This document shows positions 10,339-20,277 of a stretch of DNA of 54,818 nt, in pieces. Made by a program: the position numbers and the translations under genes. The stretch covers positions 1 to 54,818 of IMG/VR virus record IMGVR_UViG_3300008113_010961. One strand, 5' to 3'. The stretch is from a virus (lineage: Duplodnaviria > Caudoviricetes). Numbering within the stretch: position 1 is the stretch's first letter; each line of letters starts with the position of its first letter. The notes under the pieces were generated by a model. It made no database searches, was not told the DNA's origin, and saw only the letters and a list, made by a program, of their open reading frames with translations.

Positions 10339-10604
10339 GCCAAGTACCAAACAACGACGCAGGTTACGTAAATTTTCTTAAAACTCATGGATTGCTCTCT
10401 CATATTGCTCAATGGAATATTGATGGCAAGGAGGCTTACTATCCCATAATATACAAAATATGTTCAGTTATAAATAGCAATCAGGAATTAGAATTAGCCG
10501 CATCGTTTTTAAATAAAATTTATGAAAGTGGTTATTACAAATCAGTACAAGATCACCAAGCCGCTCTCGAAAAACTTGGACTTAGCACAAAAATTTCTAT
10601 CTAA
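10335..10604 (+). CDS. Hypothetical protein
   Basis: ATGA-coupled to the upstream ORF; 89 aa. Confidence 0.6.
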   Translation: MSQVPNNDAGYVNFLKTHGLLSHIAQWNIDGKEAYYPIIYKICSVINSNQELELAASFLNKIYESGYYKSVQDHQAALEKLGLSTKISI

Positions 10605-11265
10605 AACTTGGCTGTGTTGAAGTTGGAACACAGGAAAAGAATGATCCTTCAGGCGCAGATCGTATAGAACTAATTTTCCACCATCTTCTGCCATCATTTT
10701 TAGGATAAACAATGGAGTTTTTAGTTAAAAAATCAAGATGTGACCAGAATATTAATTCCATATCACTTTCTTGAATGATAATATTTTCAAATACAAATGT
10801 TCTTGTAAAGTTAACTTTTACAGTTTTATCGTCGTATAAAGGATCTATTATTTCTTTAGTTTCTGCAAGCATGCAGTGCATAACGTCTTTTCTGTAGTTT
10901 TTAAGTTTTTCGTTTATACTAGATGGCCGCAATACATCTGGATCTTCCTTCTTAGGCTCTGGACTTGGTTCTGGTTTTTTGAAATCTGGAATTACAAATT
11001 CCTGTATCTTGTTATTTTGTACGACTTTAGGAGGTTCCGATGGCGGAATCTTAGGCAGTTCCACCTTTTCTTCTTTTTTTATGGTTGTAGAAACTCCAAA
11101 ATCAATTTTTTTGGAAACAGGTTTTACGGTTTCTTTATTGTTTACCGTATCTGCATCAAAATTCATGTTATGTACAGTAAACTTATCCCAGACCTCTTGA
11201 GTCATCATTATAGGGTTCGGAGATCGGACTTTATATACCGTACCATCTTTATTTTTAATTACCAT
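10597..11265 (-). CDS. Hypothetical protein
   Basis: 222-aa ORF with a Pro/Lys-rich linker; TATAAATA immediately upstream. Confidence 0.65.
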   Translation of the reverse strand: MVIKNKDGTVYKVRSPNPIMMTQEVWDKFTVHNMNFDADTVNNKETVKPVSKKIDFGVSTTIKKEEKVELPKIPPSEPPKVVQNNKIQEFVIPDFKKPEPSPEPKKEDPDVLRPSSINEKLKNYRKDVMHCMLAETKEIIDPLYDDKTVKVNFTRTFVFENIIIQESDMELIFWSHLDFLTKNSIVYPKNDGRRWWKISSIRSAPEGSFFSCVPTSTQPSFR

Positions 11266-11267
11266 GC

Positions 11268-11275
11268 TATTTATA
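11268..11275 (-). promoter_or_regulatory. T4-like late promoter box TATAAATA
   Basis: Exact TATAAATA on the minus strand within a TATATA-rich divergent gap. Confidence 0.45.
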
Positions 11276-11302
11276 TATATAGTATAGAATTGCGGAGGCA
11301 GA

Positions 11303-11719
11303 ATGGCTTTAGTAGTACCAAATGTTGGAGAAGTGCAACTTCTACAAAAAATGCTTAATCAAAACCAGACAGCAACCATGTTGTTGGGTCTGTACCAGAA
11401 CAATCTTACCCCCAATGCTTTGACAACAAATAGCGACATAGTTCCAGTAAGTGCAGTTGGTTATGCGCAAGCTACTATCACTAATGCTAACTGGTCGGTT
11501 GCCACTCCAATAGGATCAACTTACGCCGAAGCTGGTTATGCAGAACAAACCTTTACTTTGGGCGTAAATCCAACCACTATTGATGTTTATGGATATTACG
11601 TTACTGATTCTTCAGGTAACTTATTATGGCTAGAACGTTTCACTAATGCACCTTTTGTTGTACCTATGGCCGGTGGAACTATTAGCGTTACACTAACTAT
11701 TAACTTGGAAAATGTATAA
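11303..11719 (+). CDS. Virion structural protein (tail/fibre-associated beta domain)
   Basis: GGAGG RBS; LGLY...GYA...W...QTFT...VYGYYVTD...LLWLERF pattern seen in phage tail-associated proteins. Confidence 0.55.
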   Translation: MALVVPNVGEVQLLQKMLNQNQTATMLLGLYQNNLTPNALTTNSDIVPVSAVGYAQATITNANWSVATPIGSTYAEAGYAEQTFTLGVNPTTIDVYGYYVTDSSGNLLWLERFTNAPFVVPMAGGTISVTLTINLENV

Positions 11720-13076
11720 GTTTATTGGGTTAAGCAATTTTGCTGAATGGTTTTTTGCGGAAAGCTTGGCAACCCAAGCAGAAAATTTTCGTAGATTTAG
11801 AGATGTTTTTATAAATCCATATATTGATGATATTTTAGCTCATGCAAATTCAAACCCTGCATTTGCAACTCCTGCTCAAAAAATTCAATTGCAAAATTTG
11901 AAAACTGATGACGAGTTATTCAATGCACTGCCGACTTATGTAAAAAAAAGATTCGATCAAGAAGAACTAAGGGATGATGAAAAAGTCAGACAAAACATAG
12001 CAAGAGAGAAAGCAAAGAATGACCCAAACTCTTTTGCTAATTTAGATGAACTAATTCAGAATGCAAGTGAAGCAAAATTACGTAAGGGAAGTGCCAAACT
12101 TGGACTTACTAACATAATTCAGTTTATAAACCATGTTGTTACCATGAAAGCCAAGTATGCTACTGCACAGGCTGAAAGAGAATTTTTAACAGGTGGTGCT
12201 CTTGGCGGAGAAGAAGGCGCATCATCTGCACCTGACGTTGAAGTTGATGATCAAGAAATAAGAGACAGAGCCGAAGAGAAAGCTGATATCACCGAGAAAA
12301 CAAATAAGATTTATCAGTGCGTAAGATTTTTTATTGAAAAGAAAGCTGCTAAACAAGCAAATAGACTTCTCGGTTCGCAAAATGAAATAAATAGCCAACT
12401 TAGTAATGAAGGTGAAGTATTAGATTTGGCACTTCTTACAGATGTCAAAACACTTAGCATCTTGAATTTAGCTGCTAATTTCATAAAATCTAAAGAAAAA
12501 ACAGTGGATGAAGATGGCACTCCACATGTAAGAAATATGTTCCCAGACAGGGATTTGATGGAATTACTATCTGCAAAAACCAAGTATTTAAAGAAAATTG
12601 TTGACAATGAAAACTTCAAACCTTGGGTTCTACGACAACTGCAAAAAGACGATCCGGCTGCTAAGGCATTGATGAAATCTACTTTAGGAATCGCATTTAT
12701 TTATGCGTTGCTAAATAAGCAAGAAAAAGGTGGCAGTCTGAAAGATGTGAGCAACGTATTCAATACTATAGCTTCAGTTAGCGCAGATGAAACATTAGCA
12801 TCTTTCTTAAATGCTATAAAGGAAAAGTTCATAGAGGGAAAAGTAAGGTTTATAAGGAATTCTAAACTAGGAAGCATGATAAATACTGAAGTTTCTGGGG
12901 GCGGTGACGATGCGATCAAGAATTACATGTTTGATCACAAATTCCCGAATCCAACGAAAGGTGAAGCGGATGCTACCGATTTCTTTAATTTCCTAACACA
13001 AATAAAAGGCAATAGAGAAATAGATTGGCAGGATAGTTGTGAAGAGATTTTGGCCGCTTTAGGGGGTTCCAAATAA
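11712..13076 (+). CDS. Hypothetical protein (possible internal head protein)
   Basis: 454-aa ORF; N-terminal NFAEWFFAE leader. Confidence 0.65.
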   Translation: MYKFIGLSNFAEWFFAESLATQAENFRRFRDVFINPYIDDILAHANSNPAFATPAQKIQLQNLKTDDELFNALPTYVKKRFDQEELRDDEKVRQNIAREKAKNDPNSFANLDELIQNASEAKLRKGSAKLGLTNIIQFINHVVTMKAKYATAQAEREFLTGGALGGEEGASSAPDVEVDDQEIRDRAEEKADITEKTNKIYQCVRFFIEKKAAKQANRLLGSQNEINSQLSNEGEVLDLALLTDVKTLSILNLAANFIKSKEKTVDEDGTPHVRNMFPDRDLMELLSAKTKYLKKIVDNENFKPWVLRQLQKDDPAAKALMKSTLGIAFIYALLNKQEKGGSLKDVSNVFNTIASVSADETLASFLNAIKEKFIEGKVRFIRNSKLGSMINTEVSGGGDDAIKNYMFDHKFPNPTKGEADATDFFNFLTQIKGNREIDWQDSCEEILAALGGSK

Positions 13077-13077
13077 T

Positions 13078-13614
13078 ATGACTATCTATAACTGCGATGG
13101 CCGTCCTTATCGTCCTACAGGAAGTGTGCAGCAATTTAGCGACCAGCTTCCTGAACACCAATTGTTTAATCAATGGGATGAAGAGGCAATTAAATGGGGT
13201 GGTTCACCAATATTTTATTACGAATTGTTCGTAAATATGAATAATATTGATCCTTTATATTTGGAGACGAGAACTAAAATTTATAGCCCTCAGCCTGTAC
13301 AACTTTGGTGCTATTATGAACCAGTTCCAAGCCAAAACTTTCAAACACCATTCGGCATAGATAGTCCTGATGATATGTTGTTTGAATTTAATTATAAAGC
13401 GACACTAGATAAATTAGGACATGTCCCGAAAATTGGCAGTCGATTTTTTACGCCTTTTTTAAAAGAAAACTGGGTAATTATTGAACGCAAAACGGGAGAA
13501 ATGAAGATGTATGGTGTCGTTAGGCTGCAATGTTTATGTCAACGATTCCAAGAGGATTCGGTTAGCGGTACTTCTGTTAACGAATCACAAAATGTAAACT
13601 ACAAGATTGTTTAA
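13078..13614 (+). CDS. Head-closure/neck protein (T4 gp14-like)
   Basis: EEAIKWGGSPIFYY...IDPLYLE...FGIDSPDDMLF...PKIGS pattern and position in the neck/tail cluster. Confidence 0.6.
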   Translation: MTIYNCDGRPYRPTGSVQQFSDQLPEHQLFNQWDEEAIKWGGSPIFYYELFVNMNNIDPLYLETRTKIYSPQPVQLWCYYEPVPSQNFQTPFGIDSPDDMLFEFNYKATLDKLGHVPKIGSRFFTPFLKENWVIIERKTGEMKMYGVVRLQCLCQRFQEDSVSGTSVNESQNVNYKIV

Positions 13615-13624
13615 AGGAGAAGTC

Positions 13625-14329
13625 ATGAAAAGTTTTTTTGAATTTTATGAGAAGTTGAAACTTAAGAAGCTACATGAACAAGACGCTATGGTTGCACCGA
13701 ATATGGGTATGGGCGCTGCTCCTCCCGGTGGCGGCATGCCTCCCGGCGGTGGCATGGGTGGTGGCATGGGTGGCGGTATGGCTCCTGCCGGCGGCGGAAT
13801 GGACGGTATGGGCGCACCTATGGGTCAGGATGGTGGCGATAATAACCTCGACACAGAAATAAGCGATGAGGGAGGTGGTGATGAATCACGCAGCCAAACT
13901 GCTCCTCCTGAGGGGGAAAACACTCCTGAAGAGTTATATCCTATGGTTGACAATATTGTTAAGTTTGTAAAAGAATTCAGTATTGGCGATGACGATGATA
14001 AGAAATCCACTCGTGAAGAATTAATGTCTCAGTTAGATGCAGTAAAAAATAATATTGCTAAATTAACAGGTGTTCAGCCCTCTTCTGACAATTCAGAGGA
14101 TGAAGAAAGTGATGACAGCGTAGGGTCTAAAGATATTCCAGTTTCTGGTGATGAGATTCCTCCCGGCAAGACCACAGCTTATGGTGGTGAATTCGGAGAT
14201 TCCGCTGGCAATCAGTTCCCTAGCAATGGCAGCGGTAGCGGTGACATGGGCGGAAATATGGCTGGCGGATCAAACCCAGCCACCACCGGCGCTGGCGCAC
14301 TAGGTTTTGGCGGCGGTTTTTCTGGCTAA
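13625..14329 (+). CDS. Gly/Met-rich acidic low-complexity protein (candidate internal/core protein)
   Basis: AAGGAGA RBS before ATG 13625; MKSFFEFYEKLKLKKLHE leader, GGGM repeats, acidic tail. Confidence 0.7.
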   Translation: MKSFFEFYEKLKLKKLHEQDAMVAPNMGMGAAPPGGGMPPGGGMGGGMGGGMAPAGGGMDGMGAPMGQDGGDNNLDTEISDEGGGDESRSQTAPPEGENTPEELYPMVDNIVKFVKEFSIGDDDDKKSTREELMSQLDAVKNNIAKLTGVQPSSDNSEDEESDDSVGSKDIPVSGDEIPPGKTTAYGGEFGDSAGNQFPSNGSGSGDMGGNMAGGSNPATTGAGALGFGGGFSG

Positions 14330-14350
14330 TTTTATTTGATTGACTCTCCT

Positions 14351-14379
14351 AGGGGGCTTCCAATGAAGCCCCCTTTTTT
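14351..14379 (+). terminator. Rho-independent terminator
   Basis: AGGGGGCTTC-caat-GAAGCCCCCT stem followed by a T-run, between convergent genes. Confidence 0.8.
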
Positions 14380-15181
14380 ATTTGAATAACTTGCATTTTA
14401 ACTTAATGTAATTTTCAACTTTCATGTTTAGCTTGTTTACTAATACTTTAAGTTGTATTAGACCATATAATTGAACATACTTTGATAGTTTTTTATATAA
14501 ATTGTCAAAATAATTGTTTTGATTATCCTTATGTCCCTTGGCTATTATGTCTCTTCTTAGTGCAAATGTAGATGCTTGCCATCTTCTGTAATTTTTTTCT
14601 TCACTGTTCATTTCTTCTATGGTAATTTCTTTATCCAACACAGGAAAAACTTGGCAAATTTTATCGCCCTTCTTAAAAGTTAATTTCTGTCCTTCTTGCG
14701 GAGCTTTGAATACTATAAAAAACAAGCTACTCCACCAGTTTGTTTCAAGATGCCCTGAGATTACACATGGTACATTATCTTCTGAATAAAACCTTGGATG
14801 ATTTTCAATTCGCAGAACATAGTTCTTTTCAACCATAATATCAAGGCATGTATTCATACTGAAATGCGATTCACCTAAGCATCCTACAGGAACTCCTATT
14901 TTTTGAACTATTTCTGCATCTTTATTCCAATCCTCTGCTGTAATTTCAATTTTGCCATTTATTTTAGTGACGGTTATTTCTGTGTTAAATGGATAAAAAA
15001 TTTCTAAACCATATGTGTTTGCATCAACAAATGGCTTACACATGTATGGTTGTATTTTCCGTTCAGTTTTATGCTCAGAAGGTGAACCGGCCCATACTTC
15101 TAATTCCAAATGTATTAGTTTTGGAGGTAATTCGTTAGTTAATTGTCTGTATTTTAAATGCATTTTTAACTCCACAAACAT
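14378..15181 (-). CDS. DUF6065-like hypothetical protein
   Basis: CKPFVDANTYGLEI...SGHLETNWW...FKKGDKICQVFP pattern. Confidence 0.5.
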   Translation of the reverse strand: MFVELKMHLKYRQLTNELPPKLIHLELEVWAGSPSEHKTERKIQPYMCKPFVDANTYGLEIFYPFNTEITVTKINGKIEITAEDWNKDAEIVQKIGVPVGCLGESHFSMNTCLDIMVEKNYVLRIENHPRFYSEDNVPCVISGHLETNWWSSLFFIVFKAPQEGQKLTFKKGDKICQVFPVLDKEITIEEMNSEEKNYRRWQASTFALRRDIIAKGHKDNQNNYFDNLYKKLSKYVQLYGLIQLKVLVNKLNMKVENYIKLKCKLFK

Positions 15182-15196
15182 AACTATTTTAGTATT

Positions 15197-16195
15197 ATGT
15201 TACCAATAGGACCAAATCCCAATCCGTATGATAAAACATTAAACCCTTGTCCTGATCAAGGGCCAATGTGGAGATCAGAGAATATAGACCCGCCACCGGG
15301 TTTTTGTGATCAACCTCCGGATAACCAAAACAATCAATTAAACAATCTTCCATCGCCATCTGACTGGTTTGATGATTTCCTAGACAAAAAATACATGTTG
15401 GGATCTCAGAACAACTCAGATCCTATGCAAACCGGTCAGATTGTAAACAATCTTAATCCTCCAAACAGAAATGTTGTTTACCGTTATGCAAGATCTATTA
15501 GATCTTGTGATGAAGCGATAATGGACTTATTTAGGAATATTGTTGTAATTGATGACGATGGAAAAAGTCATCAGGTGCCGATAATTTGGGGCACACAAGA
15601 ACGTGCGGTAGCCGCAGTTGTCCAGCAGAATGTAAGAAAAGATTTAACATTAGTTGTTGACAGAATTAGACTGCCGATGCTTGCTATAAGCAGCACTGAA
15701 TACAGTATAGATCCAGCGAGATACACTTACCACAAAGCCATAAATTTTTTAAGTGACAATAAAGGATTGCCAACTTTTACTGAGTCGGAGAGATACGAAA
15801 GAGACACAGTATTTGGTTTGGCTAGAGGCATTCCCGTAAACATTGGTTACACAATGTATGCTTGGACATTGCAGCTAGAGGACATGAATCAAATATTAGA
15901 ACAAATCGTAACTAAATTCTCACCTGTTGCATATATAAAAGTCAGAGGAGTACTCTGGGAAGTTTGTGTTAAGCTTGATAGTATAGCTAACAATTTAGAG
16001 ACTGAGCCCGGAGATGCTGCTTTAAGAGTTATCAAATTTCAATTTGGTATCACTGCTGAAACTTATGTTAATCAACCGATTACTAGGAACAAAGCGGTGC
16101 TCAACACTAAAGTTGATTTTGTTAATGCTCTTAATGAAGCGGAAATCTCCGAAGTGATTAAGCGCTTGGAAGAATCGGTAGAAGGGGTACAATGA
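15197..16195 (+). CDS. Tail terminator / sheath stabiliser (T4 gp15-like)
   Basis: LFRNIVV...VPIIWG...RLPMLAIS...PVNIGYTMYAW...DMNQILEQIVTKF signature; lies just before the sheath gene. Confidence 0.75.
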   Translation: MLPIGPNPNPYDKTLNPCPDQGPMWRSENIDPPPGFCDQPPDNQNNQLNNLPSPSDWFDDFLDKKYMLGSQNNSDPMQTGQIVNNLNPPNRNVVYRYARSIRSCDEAIMDLFRNIVVIDDDGKSHQVPIIWGTQERAVAAVVQQNVRKDLTLVVDRIRLPMLAISSTEYSIDPARYTYHKAINFLSDNKGLPTFTESERYERDTVFGLARGIPVNIGYTMYAWTLQLEDMNQILEQIVTKFSPVAYIKVRGVLWEVCVKLDSIANNLETEPGDAALRVIKFQFGITAETYVNQPITRNKAVLNTKVDFVNALNEAEISEVIKRLEESVEGVQ

Positions 16196-16395
16196 TTGAA
16201 ATAACCAATATGCAAAAGTCGCCTATTCAGTTGGTGATTAAGTCTAGGAGAGCGTTACACTCTTATGACACGGTTGATATTCCCGGACTAGGCAACGGGC
16301 AAAATAAAATATTGATAGAAGATCATTTGCATACACCATATATAGATAGGGCAGAGAAGTCTGGTTATATCAAACAGAGAATTTTGAAAGACTAA
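16192..16395 (+). CDS. Small hypothetical protein between tail terminator and sheath
   Basis: ATGA-coupled 67-aa ORF. Confidence 0.55.
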   Translation: MIEITNMQKSPIQLVIKSRRALHSYDTVDIPGLGNGQNKILIEDHLHTPYIDRAEKSGYIKQRILKD

Positions 16396-16413
16396 AAGAC
16401 ATAGGAGTAAATT

Positions 16414-18966
16414 ATGGCACTATTACAAGCATTTCCGCCTTCAAACACAATAAGTCCCTCAGTAAGATTCACTGAGCAAGACTTGACCCTCTTAACCACC
16501 ACTCCTGCAACTAATGCAATTGGTTTGGTTGGATATGCCAGCAAGGGTCCCATTAATACACCCACCTTGGTAACGTCAACCTACGAGCTTCATACTCTGT
16601 TCGGTTATCCACATCCTTCGATGGGATACGCTCCATATCTAATGTATGCAGCGCAAAATGCCTTGGCATTCACTAATGCCGTTTGGATTGTTCGTGTAGC
16701 CGACACTGACCCAATTTCTCAGTGGTATGCCACTACAGCTAGCGTGCAAGTGCCTGCAGCCGGTGGTCTATTGAAGGTACATGGTGCCTTCTTCGACGTT
16801 GGCGACCAGATTACATTCACCTCCAGAGCTGGCGGCGAAGACTACAGTTTCCGTTGGGCTTTAAATACAGTTCTTAGCAGCAAAGCAGTAACACTTCCTG
16901 CAGGCGCATACACTGTTGAAGAAGTTGTCGATCACTTGAATCTTCAACTAAATCCAACCGTTGATGGTGTTGAATTCTTTGTTTACGAGAACCCATCTGA
17001 TGCAACTCAGGTAGCATTAGGATTCCAAACTGTTTGGGCTTACGGCGATCAATCAAGCTTAGAATTAGTAAGCGTATACAACAACCTTATCGGTGCCACA
17101 CCAAATTCTACTGGTACTTCTCCAGCATTTACGAATGTTAATAACATCCTAGGACTTGGCAATATGATGACCGTTCCTTCTAAGAGCGGTGCGTATACAC
17201 ACTATCCAATTGATGCATCTCATGCTACAGCAGGTGTTTGGATTTTCCCAGTTGGAACCTACACTTTGCAGGTAGTTACAGATGGCTCTGGATTAGTAAG
17301 TGTTGATAACGTTATTCGTACATATGACTTCTCTGCAACCTTGAGCGGCCAAACATACAATACAACTGCCGATTTGGTAACAGCATTGAACACAGCTGTA
17401 GTAACCCTAAATCCAACCGTAAACGGTGTGGTTGTAGAAGACCTACCTGTCTGCTTCCAATTCGAAGCTGATGGTGACGCAGTTGCTGTTAGCACTGATA
17501 CAACAAACACAGACAACGCTGGTGTTCTTTGTGGTCGTTACGCCAAGATTAACGCCAGAGGTGGTACCTTGGCTGCTATCTTGGGCATGAGCGCTCAGGG
17601 AGCTATCGGCGATACTCCTACAGGAGTTGCCGATAATGAGGATTCAGACGCTAATGATGGTTTGTGGATTGGTAGCAATACTTTGGTACCAACTGATACT
17701 GGTTACTACACCTTCCAGTTGTTCGCAGACAGTCCCGGTATTGAAGGAAACCAGACATTTGTTACATTCAAGAAATATCCTGAAGGAAATACATTCAGCA
17801 TGGATGTTTTCCTTAAAAATCCTGTGAATGGAGCAACTTTGCAGGTTGAAAGCTGGGGCAATCTATCAAAGGATCCCAATTCTGCTTTCTACATCCAGAG
17901 CTATATTAACAGTTTTAGCAATTACATTCGTGTAGTTGATAACACCGAAACTACAGCACCCCCTCCCTCAAGCGTAATGTTGACTCAGGTTGCTGAGAAT
18001 GATCTTCGCTTGAGCGGCGGTTCCGATGGCTATCCTACAGGAACATCCTCTGCTGCGCTAGCTTTACGTGACGCTTTGTTAATTGGTAGTCCAGTAAACA
18101 TGAGTGGACTTTTCGCATTCAGCGATCCTGAACAGGTTAATATCGACCTATGTGCAGTTCCCGGAGCAACTACAACTTTGGTTATCTTGGCACTTATTAA
18201 TATGTGCGAAGAGTATCGTCAGGACTGCATGGCTATTATTGATCCGCCATCTGGCTTATCTCCCACAGAAGTTATTCAGTGGCAGAATGGACAGAGCCAA
18301 GTTAACGCAGTAAGGTTTGACAGTGACTTTGCAGCTCTCTACTGGCCATGGATTTACATTTATGATAGCTACAACAACATCAATGTATGGTGTCCTCCAA
18401 GTGTTGGCACAGTTGCTGCTATTGTAAATAGCGACAATATTAGCGCTCCTTGGTTTGCTCCTGCTGGCATCCAGAGAGGTGTAGTACCTAACGTTCTTGA
18501 CGTTGCATATGTACCTACCCTAAAAGAAAAAGACAATATGTATGGCAATAGCAACGCCATCAATCCAATCGTTCGTTATGCTGGTTCTGTTGACTATGTA
18601 ATTTGGGGTCAGAAAACTCTCCAGAGAGCACCAACAGCTCTTGACCGCATCAACGTTCGTAGAATGATGTTCTACGTGGAAAAGCAAATTCGCAGCCTTT
18701 CCCGTCAGCTATTATTCCAACCACACACCGAAGCTCTGAGAAACCAGTTTATTCTTTTAGCTAATGGTGTGTTAAACAACGTTCAGAATCAGCAGGGTAT
18801 TGCTGCCTACAAGGTTGTTTGCGATGCAAATCTTAATCCGCCTGACGTAATTGACAGAAATGAACTGAGGGCGCAAATCGGTATAGTACCGACCCGAGCA
18901 GTGGAATTCATCTTTATTGAATTCACCCTGTACAGAACTGGTGCATTGGATACGGTTACGGCTTAG
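16414..18966 (+). CDS. Contractile tail sheath protein (T4 gp18-like)
   Basis: SPSVRFTEQD, GYASKGPINTPTLV, LSGGSDG, ALYWPW, WFAPAG..RG, IWGQKT, RINVRR, P.RAVEFI; AGGAG RBS. Confidence 0.95.
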   Translation: MALLQAFPPSNTISPSVRFTEQDLTLLTTTPATNAIGLVGYASKGPINTPTLVTSTYELHTLFGYPHPSMGYAPYLMYAAQNALAFTNAVWIVRVADTDPISQWYATTASVQVPAAGGLLKVHGAFFDVGDQITFTSRAGGEDYSFRWALNTVLSSKAVTLPAGAYTVEEVVDHLNLQLNPTVDGVEFFVYENPSDATQVALGFQTVWAYGDQSSLELVSVYNNLIGATPNSTGTSPAFTNVNNILGLGNMMTVPSKSGAYTHYPIDASHATAGVWIFPVGTYTLQVVTDGSGLVSVDNVIRTYDFSATLSGQTYNTTADLVTALNTAVVTLNPTVNGVVVEDLPVCFQFEADGDAVAVSTDTTNTDNAGVLCGRYAKINARGGTLAAILGMSAQGAIGDTPTGVADNEDSDANDGLWIGSNTLVPTDTGYYTFQLFADSPGIEGNQTFVTFKKYPEGNTFSMDVFLKNPVNGATLQVESWGNLSKDPNSAFYIQSYINSFSNYIRVVDNTETTAPPPSSVMLTQVAENDLRLSGGSDGYPTGTSSAALALRDALLIGSPVNMSGLFAFSDPEQVNIDLCAVPGATTTLVILALINMCEEYRQDCMAIIDPPSGLSPTEVIQWQNGQSQVNAVRFDSDFAALYWPWIYIYDSYNNINVWCPPSVGTVAAIVNSDNISAPWFAPAGIQRGVVPNVLDVAYVPTLKEKDNMYGNSNAINPIVRYAGSVDYVIWGQKTLQRAPTALDRINVRRMMFYVEKQIRSLSRQLLFQPHTEALRNQFILLANGVLNNVQNQQGIAAYKVVCDANLNPPDVIDRNELRAQIGIVPTRAVEFIFIEFTLYRTGALDTVTA

Positions 18967-18989
18967 TAGTTTTACAAGGAGATACAAAT

Positions 18990-19625
18990 ATGGCACAACC
19001 AATTAAAATGGGCATCGGCCCAATCGGTACGACAAACGACATCATCTTCAAAAGGAAGTTTAGATGGACCTTTGAAGTAAACCAAGTTTGCGGTGGTGGA
19101 AACCAGTTCGGAAACATCCCTGCTGCCTTCGTAAAAGTTGCTTCTAGGCCAAACGTTTCTTTTGATGAAACTGAAATTAACTTCTTGCAGGGCAAAATGT
19201 ATATTCCCGGCAAAGCAACTTTCGAGACTGTCACAGTAACTTACTATGACATCACTCCTGTTCGTAGCGATACAATCTTGAATCTCTACAACTGGATTGG
19301 TTCTGTTTACAATTTCCTTGGTCAGCCAAATGCTGCAAATAACTTTGCCGGCAGCTGGGAGAACCCCACCATGTCCTCCTTCGGTAATGGTGTTGGCGGC
19401 TACGGTGGCACAGGCGTCCTCACCATGTATGATGGCGGCGGAGCACCTTTGGAGCAGTGGACACTATACACATGCTGGCCACAGTCTGTTAACTTTGGTG
19501 ACCTAGACTATGCAACATCTGATGAATGTAACATCGAATTAACCCTTCGTTATACATTTGCTAAGTGGTCAAACCTTTGCGGTTACGAGCAGCCCAATCC
19601 TTGCTACGCTGGTTGCCGCTTCTAA
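18990..19625 (+). CDS. Tail tube protein (T4 gp19-like)
   Basis: KRKFRW, RPNVSF, PGKATFETVTVTYYD, W.LY.CWPQSVNFGDLDY...IELTLRY; AAGGAG RBS. Confidence 0.9.
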   Translation: MAQPIKMGIGPIGTTNDIIFKRKFRWTFEVNQVCGGGNQFGNIPAAFVKVASRPNVSFDETEINFLQGKMYIPGKATFETVTVTYYDITPVRSDTILNLYNWIGSVYNFLGQPNAANNFAGSWENPTMSSFGNGVGGYGGTGVLTMYDGGGAPLEQWTLYTCWPQSVNFGDLDYATSDECNIELTLRYTFAKWSNLCGYEQPNPCYAGCRF

Positions 19626-19643
19626 TAAACTCAAAACCAAAAT

Positions 19644-19687
19644 AAATAATCCCCGTTCTTATAAACAAAGAGCGGGGATTATTTTTT
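19644..19687 (+). terminator. Rho-independent terminator after tail tube 1
   Basis: AAATAATCCCCGTTCTT / AAGAGCGGGGATTATTT stem followed by a T-run. Confidence 0.8.
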
Positions 19688-19716
19688 ATACTACTATATA
19701 CTTGAGGAGTAATTTT

Positions 19717-20277
19717 ATGCCAGTAGAAATGGGTATATGGAGTCTTGATAACTTTGTAATGAAAAGGCAGTTTCGCTGGCTTTTCAGTATTGAAAACATT
19801 GTTGGTAAACCAGAAGCAAACTCAGTGAATGTTAAGCCTCCACTGAAATCACAAAGACCAACAATATCCTTCAAAGACTTATCTTTTGAACACCAGAGTG
19901 AAACAATATACATGCCGGGCAAAGCTGAATGGAAGCCAATAAACCTAACCCTTTATGATATCGCTGCTTATTCTTTGTTCAACGGTGCATGTCGCAAGAT
20001 CGACAATAACGTGTGGCGCTGGATTAATATGTTTTACAGAGCATACGACTCCAATTATGGGTTTGCCACAAATCCAAACCCACAAGTGTCTTTTAAGAAA
20101 CCAGCATTCATTACCATGTTGTCAGGAACCGGCACCGTATTAGAACAATGGCGTCTAGACAACGCTTGGTGTCAGGAAGTCAATTTCGGCGAATTAGACA
20201 TGGCAAGTAGTGAAGTAATGACTGTAGATATTACTCTTCGCTATGATAGAGCTTATATTTTAAGTCCTTATTTCTAA
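19717..20277 (+). CDS. Second tail tube-like protein (gp19 paralogue)
   Basis: KRQFRW, RPTISF, PGKAEWKPINLTLYD, VNFGELDM...ITLRYD; true start at ATG 19717 after a GAGGAG RBS (the ORF-track start lies upstream of the terminator). Confidence 0.85.
   Translation: MPVEMGIWSLDNFVMKRQFRWLFSIENIVGKPEANSVNVKPPLKSQRPTISFKDLSFEHQSETIYMPGKAEWKPINLTLYDIAAYSLFNGACRKIDNNVWRWINMFYRAYDSNYGFATNPNPQVSFKKPAFITMLSGTGTVLEQWRLDNAWCQEVNFGELDMASSEVMTVDITLRYDRAYILSPYF

Noticed and set aside
10876-11358. 160-aa plus-strand ORF
   Set aside because: It is antisense to 10597..11265, overlaps the start of 11303 out of frame and has atypical Phe/Arg-rich composition.
19558-19716. N-terminal extension of tail tube 2 in the ORF track
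   Set aside because: It spans the end of tube 1 and a terminator; the RBS and paralogue alignment support ATG 19717.
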